Below, one piece after another: positions 1 through 24,423 of a stretch of DNA of 64,000 bases. Made by a program: the position numbers and the translations under genes. Source of the stretch: Amoebidium appalachense. Taxonomy: Eukaryota > Protista > Ichthyosporea. Position 1 is the stretch's first letter. Every line of letters begins with the position of its first letter. The stretch spans positions 5,394,001-5,458,000 of the forward strand of contig CAVNZM010000014.1 in assembly GCA_963693365.1 (NCBI GenBank). The letters run 5' to 3'. The notes beneath the pieces were generated by a model. It did no database searches. It was given only the letters and a program-made list of their open reading frames with translations, and had not been told where the DNA came from.

Positions 1-114
1 GAATGAGTTACTTTGAATATTTTCTGCCTTCTTGCTTGCTTTTGGATGGATAACTAGTCTGTGCATAAGCAAGGGGTGTTCGTGCACCAGCTGGCAGGCG
101 CACACGTGCACACA

Positions 115-146
<32 letters not shown>

Positions 147-829
147 CGCGCGCGAGCATGCGGGCACGAACATGTGCTGTGTGTATGTGTGGCAGTGTGC
201 GCAAGTGCATGTGCGTGAGCATGTGAGTGTGTAGGGGGGGAGGATGCAGGGGGGGAGAAGGGGGGGGGGGGGGGGGGGGGCATGTGATAGCGTATATGTG
301 TGTGCGCCCCTGCAAGTGCCTTTGCGCACATGTGTATATTTGTATGTATGCACAATGTGCGTGTGTGTATATGTAGGTAGCTTGGGTGTGCATGTAGGTT
401 GCTTGGGCGCACATGTGTGCTAGAGAATGTGAGATGCAGGTTGTACATAAAAGTGTGCGTAGGCCTGCCTGTGTGTGTGTGTAGGAGTGTGCCTGATTGC
501 CTATGGAAGCACACTTGTGTCTGTGAACGTCCGAGTACAGATGAATGCATGTGCTTGTTCAGATGTATGCAGGTGCTTGTACAATGTGTGCATGTGGTTG
601 ATGTGCCTTCTTACAGTTTAAAGATATCTTCAAACACATGCCTGACCTGCCATAGAATGCACGTTTACTTGTGCTAGTCCCCTTATTCTCGTGTGGCTAT
701 TGCAACGAACAAGACACACAAACACACTTACATACACATGCGTGCTTATGTGCACACACGCGTGCATGCCCACGTACACTGCACACACATGCAATCGCCC
801 GTGCATGGGCACGCGCGCACACACACACA

Positions 830-904
<75 letters not shown>

Positions 905-994
905 CACGCACACGTGTACACTACCCACACATGTACACTCGCCCACAAACACACACGTGCATGCATGTGGCGCGGCACGTGCGCGCGCGAGAAC

Positions 995-1090
<96 letters not shown>

Positions 1091-1173
1091 CGCATATTAC
1101 ATATGCACTCACGTTTTTAGTGATTGTGTATGAACACAAAGATTTTTTTTGGTTCTGACCATATTCGATACAG

Positions 1174-11520
<10,347 letters not shown>

Positions 11521-11553
11521 TCACTGCACCGGGCACCAGGGAGAATGGGGAGA

Positions 11554-11591
<38 letters not shown>

Positions 11592-12264
11592 GGGGGGGGG
11601 GGGGGAGAAGGCGGGGAGAGGGAGAGGGGGTCTGTATGTAACGGGGAGGGGGGGGGGGGGGGGGGGGGGGGGTCTGAATGTAACTCGAAATTTCGGGCAC
11701 AGAAATGGGGGATCGTCATTTGAGCCGATGGTGATCGATTGATTGAGGCTGCCGATACAATGTACTATACAAGAGAATGAGATTGGATTAGAAGGGTCAT
11801 GCTCCCCAAGGATATGTGTGTTTTGCCATTATTTAGAAAACATATTTCTGTAACAATTCTGCTTTAAAACCCAATCATTGCAAGTATAGTGGTAGCAGGG
11901 GGATTGCACATGTACAACAGTTTGATACCTCAGAGATGACGACATGGCAAATTATGATTTACAACATGTTATTTAGGGTGTTTATTGGGTTTTGGAACAC
12001 AGCATATCAATTAAATGCATCCGCTTTCTATGCCATGCATTTTCAGGAGATATATTCTATCAGAGAAGTGCTATGTGGCCATATATATGCTACGAGGGTT
12101 TCACAGTTTGGGCACCAACTGTAACTATGGGATTCGCTTTTCATGTGTTAGTGATAGATTGATAGTGTGTCCGAGTTGAAGGGAGGGGGTATTGTTGGTA
12201 CCGAACGAGACTGGGATAGGGGCGATAGTTAAAGATATCAATAGAAATAGCCATAGAAACGGTG

Positions 12265-12321
<57 letters not shown>

Positions 12322-13001
12322 TGTGTGTGTGGGGGGGGGGGGGGGGGGGGGGGGTTCCACGTGATGGCATAGGCTCGTCATCAGGATTGAAACAACGTAT
12401 GCATTTGTAGACTCCGAATAAAATTACCTAAATGACATCCACGTACGGAAGTCAAAAGAATCAGGTGGTGCAGAAGAAGGAAAAGAAAGTACAGAACCCC
12501 TTACAAGGTGTGCCATCATGACGAATGTGCCGGCTTAGACTCATGTAGCCCACCGCCATTCCCATATGCACGCGCATGCACACACACACACACGCACGCA
12601 GACAGACATCCGTTCCGTGGGCACACACGTGCAAGATACACATTCTTTTCTGTTCTTGTCTCCCTTCCCCCCCCCCCCCCCCCCCTTGGTCGTTGGTGCG
12701 TTTTTGTCTGATATCTAACGACTCGGCAGGGTCCCCCTGAGACTACTGACACTCTAACATTCCCTCCCCGCTCTTACTTCCCCCCCCCCCCCTTCCCCTC
12801 CTCCTTCCCCTCCCATTTTCTCTGCACACTCAACAGGTCTTAACCAGCTCTGCACATCATTAGTCACAATCTTCTCTCATATATGAGAGAATGATCGTAT
12901 TGGTACGATTTGTCTATTATCTGACGATTCTGCAGCATCCCTAAGACCCCCCTCCCCCTCCCCTCCCCCTCCCCCCCTCTCCCCCCCCCCCCCCCCCCCC
13001 C

Positions 13002-13103
<102 letters not shown>

Positions 13104-13179
13104 TTTTTTTTTTTTTTTTTGGCGCCTGTTGTTTTGCTTGTCATTTGTTGTTCTGGTTGATTACCTGTAATCTTCGCTT

Positions 13180-14011
13180 ATTTATGTGTATGTGTGTGTG
13201 TATGTATGTTGTGCGGGGTTGCACACACCGGTGTCTACTTTTCTTCCTACTGTTTTTCTCTCCACACACTTCATCTGTCCAACTTCTGCATAACCCCTCT
13301 CATAGCTATAGACACACTTCACACATTGCGTTACGCGCACGCATGCACACACCGCTCTGTTGGCGACAGCTCCCTTGGAACCCATGCGGCATGTTACCCG
13401 CCGGCGTAACATAACTCGGACTATCGATTTGGCTTTTTTCAAGCCCAAAGCAATGGGTGATACCATATTTCTGGCTGACATCCGAGGGCATAGCTTTCCG
13501 TTCGAAGACGTTAAAGTTCCGCCCTAGTAAGCGTGTTACTACCCTGCGGCGTGGGTCAAATCTCATATTTTCCCCTCTGATTGCGAATTCTGCGGCCTTC
13601 GGGACTTAATTCTTTTCAGCTGGTGTGGTATGTTAGCCAGGGAAGTATCGACTTAGGTAGCGACGGGGGAGCTTCCTAGAAGCCCGGTCTCCTGAGTTCC
13701 TATCTATATTTTTCTTGCTTCTGCTTACTGCTGCAACTTTAACCCCCGGCCTTTCCCACTGCCCTTGCCTGCATAAGCAACCCTGCTCGTCTCTGATCCA
13801 GACGGGTGACCTACCCATGTTCAAGTGAAACAGTATCTGAGTTGGGTTTCGTTAACGAGGTGAATAGGTCGAAACTCGGGTACTGTGGATGACGTGGGCC
13901 CCCCCTGAGGATGGGCTCTGCTTATTATGCATACTCTTTATGTATGGCTTGCATTCTGCATCATGTTATCCGTTTGTTCTTGTGTACTTCGTACTTTTTG
14001 ATGCATTCAAA
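13180..14011 (+). mobile_element. Interspersed repeat family A, longest copy (~830 bp), ends ...GCATTCAAA-poly(C)
   Basis: Near-identical to 46790-47632. Its 3' part recurs at 4757, 53688 and 61740. No recognisable transposase or RT ORF. Confidence 0.8.
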
Positions 14012-14183
14012 CCCCCCCCCCCCCCCCCCCCAACCCTACTTCCCTGTTTCCCTCTCTCACACTCTTTCTGTCTCTCCTCTCGGCACACAAAGGTTTCTGG
14101 AAGGCGACTATTCGATCAACAACTGTAGGGGATTTGGTTTGTCCACCTTTATTACACTGAGCACTTGTTTTAGCAACAAAATA

Positions 14184-14311
14184 TGAGCGACCGAGATTCG
14201 CATAATGACGTACTGCGCAAGCTGCACCGTTTTCTTCTTAGATACAAGTGCGCAAAGCTCTCACTATCCCTTAAGATATGCTTTCATGCATGCTGGGTGG
14301 GTGGTCGCCCA
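14184..14311 (-). ncRNA. Putative small RNA gene, uncharacterised family, copy 1
   Basis: Minus-strand terminal stem UGGGCGACC/GGUCGCUCA with a G-U pair. Upstream GTCTCACAATA (14364-14374) at offset 53, downstream TTGCTAAAA (14168-14176). Confidence 0.6.
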
Positions 14312-14604
14312 GAACAATTACCTCGGCCATAGGTATAGTGCCATAGCAGCATGGGTGGAGTTTTATTGTGAGACCACTGGCTGCTAAAATTCATTATAAA
14401 ATAGAGGGGGTTACCTTCACATTCTCGTTGGCTATAAATGAGGTTGAAAAAAAAATTAAACGTGCTTGACTCATTGGTAATCAAGCGAATCGAATCATGT
14501 TGGACTATAGATTGTCCCCAGTGGCACTTGTGCCCGTATAGCTAAATCATGATGTACTGGCTTAGACCGTTGAAAAACTTCGAGGTAAAATGTGCAAACG
14601 CAGT

Positions 14605-14651
<47 letters not shown>

Positions 14652-14702
14652 CTAAAGTCAACGACAAAGATCTACCAGACACCCCCCTCCCCCCCTCCCC
14701 CC

Positions 14703-14809
<107 letters not shown>

Positions 14810-15361
14810 AAAAAGGAAAAAAAAAAAAAAAAGGAACCAAAAAAACAAACCACACCGTGACCGGCTGGCCCAACCACTTACTCCGCAAAAACATTCGTTC
14901 CTCTCTCTGCTCCTTCTGTTGATTGCTTTGCAGTGAAGAAGAGTCTAATTTGACACGTCCAATCGGTTAATTCTGCAGCCTCCTTGAGTGACTGTAAGTG
15001 AAACCCCCCCCCTCCCTCCCCCTCCCCCCCCCCCCCCCCCCCCCCCGGGACCCCCTGGCGCAAGGCTTCTGTACATGCGCCAAATAAAGGCTTCTTATTT
15101 TGATTAAAAAAGGGAAAGTACCAAAAATAAACGGGAAAGTAGAATTCAAAGGCGGGCACACACTTTTTGTTTCCCGGTCATCCCCTCTTTCCCTTTTTCT
15201 GTACCTCCTCTCTGTACACAAAGGTTTCTGGAGCATGGCCAATAGATGTGCATTGATCCCAATGATTTCTCGAGTAACAACTGAGTGAATATGGTTCTTC
15301 CAACTTTTATCATAATATAGCTCCACCGCACATTTATCAAACTTGTTTTAGCAACACACTG

Positions 15362-15483
15362 TGAGCGACCTAAATAGCATAATGGCACTGCACAAGCACC
15401 ATATTTGTGATAGACACTAGTGCGCAAAGCCCTCACTATTCCTTTGGAAAGGCTTGCATGCACGCTGGGTGGGTGGTCGCTCA
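15362..15483 (-). ncRNA. Putative small RNA gene, copy 2
   Basis: Perfect 9-bp terminal stem TGAGCGACC/GGTCGCTCA. Upstream GTCCCGCAATC (15536-15546, offset 53), inner UGCAUGCAAGC/GCUUGUGCA, TTGCTAAAA downstream. Confidence 0.62.
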
Positions 15484-15778
15484 AATAACAACTATCTCAA
15501 CCATGGGTAGTGGAGCAGTAGCGTGGCAAGAGTTTGATTGCGGGACGGGTTTGACTGCAGGTTTCTTGTTGGTTGAAAAATAATGAAATGTGCCTGCCTT
15601 GTCCGTTCAAATAATGCGAATCATGCTCGACGATAGATTGTGTGCATGCGCATAGTCCTTGTGCGCACATGTAGCTATTTGTGCTGTGGCTTTGGAAAAA
15701 GAAGCTTGAAGGAGGAAGGGAAATGTGCAAAAGCTGTACATCCCCCTCCCCCCAACCCTCTCCTTCGACTCCACCCCC

Positions 15779-15830
<52 letters not shown>

Positions 15831-15834
15831 AGAG

Positions 15835-15865
<31 letters not shown>

Positions 15866-16257
15866 TCTTTCTCTTTCTCTCTCTCTCCCTTTCTCCCCCT
15901 CTCTCCCCCTCTCTCCCTCTCCCCCCCCACCCCCACCTCTCCCTCTCTCTCCTTCTCTTCTCTCTCTCTCACCCCTTTCTCTCTCCCCCCCCCCCTCAAG
16001 ATCTCCCTCTCTCCCTCTCTCCCTCTCTCTCTCCCTGGGCACCCCCTCCCCTCGTCCCCTTTGCACACTCGGGCACGCGCGCACACACGCACGGCACACA
16101 CACGGCACACACACACACACACAACGAACCAACAAACACAAACAAGCGCCCGCCTGCACGTGTGCACATACACACAAATACACACTTAAACACGCGCGCG
16201 CGCACACACGTACACCAGTGACATGCAGACACAGAAAAAAAAAAGGTGTGTGTGTGT

Positions 16258-16291
<34 letters not shown>

Positions 16292-16546
16292 GACAATCCT
16301 CCAGACACACATTGGTCCTCCCCTCCCCTCCCCCCTCCCCCCCTCCCTGGGGACCATACCTCACACTCCACCCTTTCTCTTCTCACAAACCTCAACCTTC
16401 TCAAGGTACTATTAGCATATTGGTGATGAGAGGTATGTGTAGCTTCCACTGCAGCTATGGGCACATACCGTGCTGCAATTTCTGTCCCACAATCAAAGAT
16501 CATAACCCGTTTTGCTAATCTTTCCCGTCGCTGAAACCATTATGGC

Positions 16547-16638
16547 TGAGCAACCGTCCAGTTATGATGCAAGGTGCGCCTCGATGTGAGGGCTATGCAG
16601 TGAGCTCATTGTGCTCATGGTCGTATTCTGTTTGCCCA
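16547..16638 (+). ncRNA. Putative small RNA gene, copy 3
   Basis: GTCCCACAATC 16484-16494, offset 53. Imperfect stem TGAGCAA/TTGCCCA, TGCA..CCTC..GAGG..TGCA core, TTGCTGAAG 16648-16656. Confidence 0.55.
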
Positions 16639-17223
16639 TTTGGTGCATTGCTGAAGTGTCCAAGTCGTATGAGCATAACCCCCCCCCCCCCCCCCCCCCC
16701 CCCCTCCCCCCCCCCCCCCCAAAAAAAAAAATGAAGAAGAAGAAAGAAAGAAGAAAGTAGAACAAGTAGAAAAACCAAACCGGGAAAAAAATTCATGCAC
16801 ACTCGCTGCCACCCGTCGACTAAAAGAAACAATACAAAGTGTTCTATTATATCTCTTCCATCTCCTTCTGTCGATTTTTTTCCATTGGCCAAAGAGTCGT
16901 CAATTTTTTTCCAGTGACGAAGAGTCAAACCTTAAAAGCGAATGAATTTGCAGTTTTTTCCCTTGCCAATGACCGTGTCTTTTTCATGCGCTATTTATTG
17001 TAACGGTTTAGTAGCCGGTGCAAAATAAGACAGAAAAGCAGATCATAAAACCAACAAATCAATGCCATCAGTAGGCTACAACAGCCCAACACAATGAAAT
17101 GCACAGCAAAGCAGTCCCCGGGCCAGTCCCCCCCCCCCCCCACACACACACACATACACACACACCCTTTCCCACCAGAACCTTCCACATGTGCCTTCCC
17201 CCCCCCTCCCCTCCCCGCCCTCC

Positions 17224-17254
<31 letters not shown>

Positions 17255-17768
17255 AACTTGATGATCATGGTGATGATATATATATATATAAGTCATATAT
17301 ATACTATATCTATATATATATATATGGGGAGGGGGGAGGGGAGGGGGGGGAGGGGGGGGAGGGCAATATATGTATATATCATCATGATGTATTTTTCATG
17401 ACATTATTGAGGGGATAAAACAAAAGTCAGCAAAAGGAACCGAAAAAAATAAAAGGCTTAACCCCTAAAACCAACTAGCTTGAGCTTTGAGCACCCCCTC
17501 CCCCCCCCCCTCCCCTCCTCCCAAGTTCTCCCCACCAATATATACTATGATCTATATCATGATATATATAATGTTAGTAATAATAATAATACCAACTACC
17601 CTTCATTCCACCAAACCTTCAGTTACTGCATAACACCACCTCAAATTCTGGCAATCCAGTTTCCACTATATGTTCCATTATAGTCACGTGTCACTTTGCC
17701 AATCTTTCCCACAATCTCGTTACAAAAATCCCCCTAAATAATTACCATGCCTTGGTGAAACTTTTCTT

Positions 17769-17861
17769 GGGGCAGCCTTGCAGCAACAATAGAACATGCA
17801 CTTCACCAAGCCATTGCATGACGATTTGGTGGCACCTGCAGGTCGGTGTACCCCTTGCCCC
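17769..17861 (+). ncRNA. Putative small RNA gene, copy 4
   Basis: TTCCCACAATC 17706-17716, offset 53. Stem GGGGCAG/TTGCCCC, inner CTTGCAG/CTGCAGG and TGCA..TGCA, TTGCTGAAG 17872-17880. Confidence 0.6.
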
Positions 17862-17899
17862 CGTTTTTACATTGCTGAAGTATGTAAGATGCACTGACA

Positions 17900-17936
<37 letters not shown>

Positions 17937-18849
17937 CGCACCATGTCTTCAGGTTACACACAGCGAATTAATTTCCCACATTCTCTTTCATTCCCTCTCC
18001 GCTGCTGTTACCTGTTTTCCTTGCCCAGAAGAGTTCAAACGTCCAGCCTGAGGTGTCCAACAGCGTCCCACGTTGATTGACTCATTTTCATGCCGTCATT
18101 TCTTGAGACTATAGTTACAGGTGCAGTAGTGCAGCATGGTGGAGTAAAATCAGAACAATGTTTATAACGCTTTGTTACCCTTTTCATACGCCGTACGCGT
18201 GCCTACACCTACCTTAAGTCTATACAAGTCTTTACAAGATGGCTCAGATGCATATTTGACTCGTGATCCTCGCCCACTAGTAATTTAAAAAAAAGTATCT
18301 GCTCCACGGGATGTTTTGTGTGCAAGTGCTTGGGGTTAAGGTCACCAGGTGCCGACATATCATTTAGACTATTTGATATTTAAGTGCGGGCTTCGTGAGA
18401 AAAGGTGGCCTGAGGAGAGCATAAGGTAGAAAGATTATGGATCCCTCTACTATAGGTGCCAACATGACACCTATGCATGTTCCGACTTGGAGTCATTGAA
18501 AAGCAACCTAGTTGCGCCCATCCCTTTCTATAAACCCCTCATACTTTCTTCTTCTTCGAAACCACACCCCTTGCTGAGCACACACACGCGCGCGCGCACA
18601 CACACACACACGCACGCGCGCGCACACACGCACACGTACTGCGTTTATAAAACCACGTGCAAACACACCCTTTCTCTTTTTGAGTCTCGCCTCCCCTTCC
18701 TCCTCACTCCTGCCCCTCCTCTGCCCCGGTTTCTTTTTCTGTACACAGAGCTTAAGAGTTCTAGAAAATGGCTATTCGACCCAAGGCTGTAGTCATTTTA
18801 CTAAGGTTCGTCCCGCCATTGTTACAATGGATTGAGCAACACACCGTAA

Positions 18850-18968
18850 GAGCGACCTGAAAATGGCACTGCACAAGCACCATTTTTGTCTTTGATACAT
18901 GTGCTCAAAGCCCTCGCAATATTGTGAGGCACAAGCATGTGCATGCACACTAAGTGGGTGGTCGCCCA
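18850..18968 (-). ncRNA. Putative small RNA gene, copy 5
   Basis: GTCCCACAATC (19025-19035, offset 57). Stem GGGCGACC/GGTCGCTC, TTGCTCAA downstream. Paralogue of copies 1-2. Confidence 0.6.
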
Positions 18969-19580
18969 GATTGACAATTACCCCAACCATAGATATGTAG
19001 CTCAATGCTGTGTACACAAAATTTGATTGTGGGACGGTTTTGGCTGCAGCTTACTGTGTTTTCACGGAAGGCTTTGGTTTTGAATGAGGGTTAAAAAAAA
19101 AGGAAACGTGCCTGGCTCACCGGTTCAAGCATGTTGGACTTGATTGTGTGCCCTTCTAGTTGTGCCCGTCTAGCTGTTTGTGATGTGGCTTGGGACAAAG
19201 AAGAAACTTGTGACGAAATGTGCAAAAGTAATGAACCCCCCTCCCTCCCCCTCCCCCCCCCCCCCCCCCCCTGCCACCAAACACCCCACCCCACCTAACC
19301 ACACACACACACACACACACACACACATGCACGCACACACGTACGCGCGCATGCACGCACGCACTTATGCACACGGACATATACACACACACACCATGAA
19401 AATGCACACAAACACACAGACGCACACAGAAGCCGTACAAACATACATAAACACACACACACACGAGAGCCTCCGGGGAGAGAGAGGGAGAGGGAGGGTG
19501 GGAGGGAGAGAGGGAGGGAGAGAGGGAGGTCGGAAGGAGGGCGGGAGGGAGGGAGGGGGGGACGGAGGGAGGGATGGAGG

Positions 19581-19618
<38 letters not shown>

Positions 19619-19844
19619 ACTTGACTGGTGAAACGTTAACACAAACACCACTGAAAGAAAAAGGTGGGTGGTGGTGGTGGGGGGGGGGGGGGGGGGGAGG
19701 GGGGGGGGGGGGAGAGAGAGAGAGAGAGGGAGAGAGAAAGAGAGGGAAAGTATAACGAAACTAGAGGCAATGAAACAATCAGCTAAACACCAGTCGATCC
19801 CTGCCCCTTCCCCCCTCACCCCTTCCCTCCCTTCCCCCCCCCCT

Positions 19845-19883
<39 letters not shown>

Positions 19884-20121
19884 AAAAAAAAAAAAAATTC
19901 CCTTCCCCAAACTCCATCTTTCCCTTCTCTTATCACAAACCACAACGTAGTACCCTCAAAGGTACTACCTGCACATAGGTGATGAGACATATGTGTGCCT
20001 CACCTAATGGTGTTCCAGTTTCACTGCAGCTACGGGCGCATACCGTGCTGCAGATTTCTGTCCCACAATCAAGATCATAACCATATTGCTAATGCGTTCC
20101 GTGGGTGGGAACATTTTTGGT

Positions 20122-20202
20122 TGGGCAACCATACAACCAAAGTGCAAAACACACCTCAATATGAGGTCTGTGCATTCAAATTCTTTCAAGGCAGGTTGCC
20201 CG
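20122..20202 (+). ncRNA. Putative small RNA gene, copy 6
   Basis: GTCCCACAATC 20060-20070, offset 52. 9-bp stem TGGGCAACC/GGTTGCCCG, TGCA..CCTCA..TGAGG..TGCA core, ATACTGAAG 20212-20220. Confidence 0.62.
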
Positions 20203-20219
20203 TTTAGTTTGATACTGAA

Positions 20220-20260
<41 letters not shown>

Positions 20261-20725
20261 AAAAAAAAAAAAAAAGGAAAAAAAAAGAAAAGGAAAACAA
20301 ATCATGCACACTCACTAGCCCACCCACCTACTACAACGCACAAAAAATAGATGCTCTTTGTTTCCTCTGAGACTCCTTTCTTCTTCTGTTAACTGGTTTT
20401 CATTGAAGAAGAGTCCATTTTTTTTTAAATTCCAAGAATGATTTGCAGCTTCTTTGCCAATGATTCGTGTCTTTTTTCATGCGGTCTTTATTGCTTAGTA
20501 GCGTGTTCTCTCCCTGAAGTCTTAGCTTTTGCGCAGCCATGGCATGCATCGTAAGGGTTCTACAGAGTAGGTCAGATGCCCTTATGCACACCACATAACC
20601 CATCCTCAACCATCGAAGAAGGCATTACACAAGCTGCAGGGGACGTGTTTTTCTTCTTTCCCCCCACTTTTTTTTTTGTTTTTTTTTCCCCTTTGTTTTG
20701 TGTGTGTGTGTGTGTGCGCGCGCGC

Positions 20726-20845
<120 letters not shown>

Positions 20846-21020
20846 GTGCGCAAAAACCCCCAGAGGCTCCGCCATACAGTGTGGGTCCAGCCTTGTTGTA
20901 TAAATCAACTTCATGATAAAGTAAAAGAACTTCTATCAGGAAGTATTAGGAAGGGGTTATGTGATTTAACGTGATCGTATTAAATAACTTAGATATTGGT
21001 TCATTTTAGCAAAATACTAG

Positions 21021-21104
21021 GAGCGACCTCCCAATTCAAGGCGGCACTTCGCTGCAAGACAGGGCCTGCATGTTGGATGGTGAAATGGATGGTCTGGTCG
21101 CCCA
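21021..21104 (-). ncRNA. Putative small RNA gene, copy 7
   Basis: ATCCCACAATG (21153-21163, offset 49). Stem GGGCGACC/GGTCGCTC, TGCA..TGCA, TTGCTAAAA (21004-21012). Confidence 0.58.
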
Positions 21105-22699
21105 ACCAACCATATTCCAACCAGCTGCAACAAGAGCTGATATTTCTAAATTCATTGTGGGATATGGTCAATACCCCTCGACTTTCCGTTTCCGTTTATA
21201 GTTTTCTTATGTTTGAAAAGCGTTCCAGTGTCGTTGGGTCCTAGAAATTATTTTAAAGCTTTCACTTTTGATTCTCTTCAACCCTGTGGCATATCATACA
21301 AGAACGCAATATTCAACAATGTACTTCTAAAGACTTTGAGGTGATTAACTGTAGCCACAGGCTAGTAAAATGCCGTATTATAATTCAATATGGCATGGCT
21401 AGCCCACGGGCAGTACCTGGCCAATTTGTTGGCAAAATTCCTGGAAATTATGCACGTATGTATGTATAGTCCCGATGGGTTGTTATAACTCAACGACTTA
21501 GTTTTATACATCATTCCTTTTCCCCTTTTTTGATGGGGAGGGGGGGGGGGGGGGGGGGGGGGGGGAGAAGGGGGGGGGGGGGGGGGGGGGGGGGGAGGAC
21601 ACTCCCCACCAAAACACATACTAGGCAGGGCCGAGGAGCGGGAAAGGTGGAGGGGAGGGAGAGGGGGGGGGGGGGGGGGGGGGGAGGGGGGGGGGGGGGG
21701 GGGGTAGCGGCAGGGTCTGTTCATGACATGCTGGTGGTTTACATCGGCTATGAAAACAGTATTCCTTACCTTCAATTATCCAACCACCTAAGAACAGGTC
21801 TTATTTTTCTCCCCTCTGCTCGGGTTGCCTTTGCCCATACAACCATTGTCTGCTCTATTCTCTCCTCTCCTTTTCCGTTCGAGACAATGATTCAGAAAAT
21901 ATACTGTCCTAGATTTATGGCCGGATAAGGCACCTAACGACATAATACCAGTGTTCAGAAAAGGAGAAAAGATTCACCACACGTTCAAATCTTCGGTTAC
22001 GCTCGTGGTCTGCGAGGTCATATTTTCGCCCTTTTTACATCATATAGACGTCAAGGCCGCGCAAGTATAAATGCCGATCACATAACCCTTATATGACCTA
22101 CCCACTGGCGTGGTTGGGGTGAATACCCTGGGCAAAGTGTGTGCAAATAGTTAGGACTGTTTAAAGGTGTGTTAGCTTAGCTAATAATACCGTAGCACCC
22201 TAGCTAGAGTACTGTCGGTGCTGGGTGGAAGACGGTAGTTTCCCCTGAGGGCTCAAGGGGTCTTTCCGGGAACAAAACGGGATTTTTTTAAAAAAAAAAG
22301 TTGCCTTTATACGACCAGAAGCCTGCCCCCCCTTCCCCCCCTCCCTCCCTCCCTCCACCCCAACATCCTACTTCTGCCACCCCCCCTTTCCCCTAACAAA
22401 AAATATTTATCACTGACTACACGGATAAAAAAAAAATAAGTAATGAATCATCAATCTAATCTGTAAAGAAACGGAAATCATGCGTGGTCCTTTCCTCGCG
22501 CTTGCTTTATCAGCTCGACCAGAAATCCCCGCCCCCCTCCCCCCCCCCCCTCCTCCCCCCCAATAACAATAGTAAAAAAAACAAATGAATGAAATCATTA
22601 AAACAAACAAATAAAACTCCCACCCACCCACATACACACACCGTGACTAGCACACACTCCCAGGCACCCAAACAACACCTCCACGTCAAAACACACACA

Positions 22700-22947
<248 letters not shown>

Positions 22948-23087
22948 GCATCGCCACCGTGTGCCTCTTCTCACAACATGTACTTCCACCTACTTGTGAA
23001 CATCGATGTTATTCTCCTCAGCGTTATTCCACAATCAGGATTTCAATTTGTTTTCCAACAATGCAGCTGTGGCTGTGTAGGTCGTTT

Positions 23088-23163
23088 TGGGCAACGATCC
23101 CAGACAGTGTGCATTCAACCGTTACAGGTTAATGCACCAACTCCTTCTTCACGAGATTGCCCG
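23088..23163 (+). ncRNA. Putative small RNA gene, copy 8
   Basis: ATTCCACAATC 23026-23036, offset 52. Stem TGGGCAA/TTGCCCG, inner hairpin GTGCATT-c-AACC/GGTT-AATGCAC, TTGCCGAAG 23171-23179. Confidence 0.62.
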
Positions 23164-24096
23164 TGAACATTTGCCGAAGTCTATACACAAATTCCAACTC
23201 CGCCCATCACACCAAAAAGTAAAGTTTCATTATTATTATCTTTATTCCTACCTGATTTCCCACCATCTATTGCAATTGCTAGGAATAAAAGTTCGTTGTT
23301 CTCACCTCTGCTGAGTATAAACCTATGCCATCACACCCTCCCTACTCCCCCCCTCCCCCCCCCCCCCCCCCCCCCCCCACCACACACACACACCCCTTTC
23401 CCTCCGGAAACTTCTATAATTCAAAAGAAAACGTACTCAGGACTAAAATCACGGTATAGTCAGCAGTTATCATTCTTAACATGTCCAATATCCAAAAAGG
23501 AAAAAAAGGAGGTCACCAGATGATTAGAGCTTTGGTTTCAGTCAATGGCATTGCCGTTGACGTCATATTTCGTCCTTTTACATCATGTGTACGTCAGTGC
23601 CCAAGGATACCGTGCCAAACATTTCCGCTTTACTATTAGAAAATTGCTCCCCCCCATCCTTCTCCTCCTTCCTTCCTCCCCTTCCCACGCAATAATAATT
23701 AAATATTATATAAATAAAAACAAGAGTAGAAATCAACACATCTACTGAAACAACAACCGTGTAACGGTCACTACCAGATTTCGAGGGCCTTCATTTCAAT
23801 TCTTTTTTTGTAGGAGAAGGAAATCCTTCAGCTGAAGCAAAGCCACTTAATCTGAAGCCATACACGGACATTTCCTGGCAATGGCTTTCTCAGCTCTACT
23901 AGATAGCAGCCCATCCCTCCCCCTCCCCCCCCCCCCCCCCTTCCCCCCCCCTCCCCCCCCCCCCTCCCCCACCCCCCCCCTCCCCCTCCCCCCACCCCCC
24001 CCCCCCAAAAAAAAAACAAAAACAAAAAAAACATCTATCCACATACACACACCGTTATACACACACACGCACGCACGCACGCACGCACGCACACAC

Positions 24097-24140
<44 letters not shown>

Positions 24141-24326
24141 TCACACTCACTCGCTCGTTCTCTCCCCCCCTCTCCCCCCCCCCCCCCCCCCCTCTCTCTC
24201 TCTCTCTTTGTTGCATCACCACCGTGTTCCTCTACCCTCAAACAAACTCTTCTACCGGATTATCACATAATCCAGTCAACAACTGTTTTCTCTCAGTATG
24301 TACAGCTGTGCTGGATAGGCTGTTTT

Positions 24327-24423
24327 TGGGCGTTACGGTCTCATACATGATGCATTATGCACCTTGCACCTCACACAACCGGTGGAGGTCTGTGCAGTCT
24401 CATGAACCGCCAGTGTGTTGCCA
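24327..24423 (+). ncRNA. Putative small RNA gene, copy 9 (degenerate)
   Basis: ATCACATAATC 24262-24272, offset 55. Weak stem TGGGCG/TTGCCA, TGCACCTC..GAGG..TGCA, TTGCTGAAG 24431-24439. Confidence 0.45.

Noticed and set aside
11940-12133. Possible additional minus-strand RNA copy (ATCCCATAGT element, ATGCAT..ATGCAT hairpin)
   Set aside because: No GGGC/GCCC terminal stem occurs at the expected spacing.
13455-13470. TGGTATCA on the minus strand as a tRNA-iMet primer-binding site
   Set aside because: It is only an 8-nt match, is not preceded by an LTR-terminal CA, and has no paired LTR or TSD.
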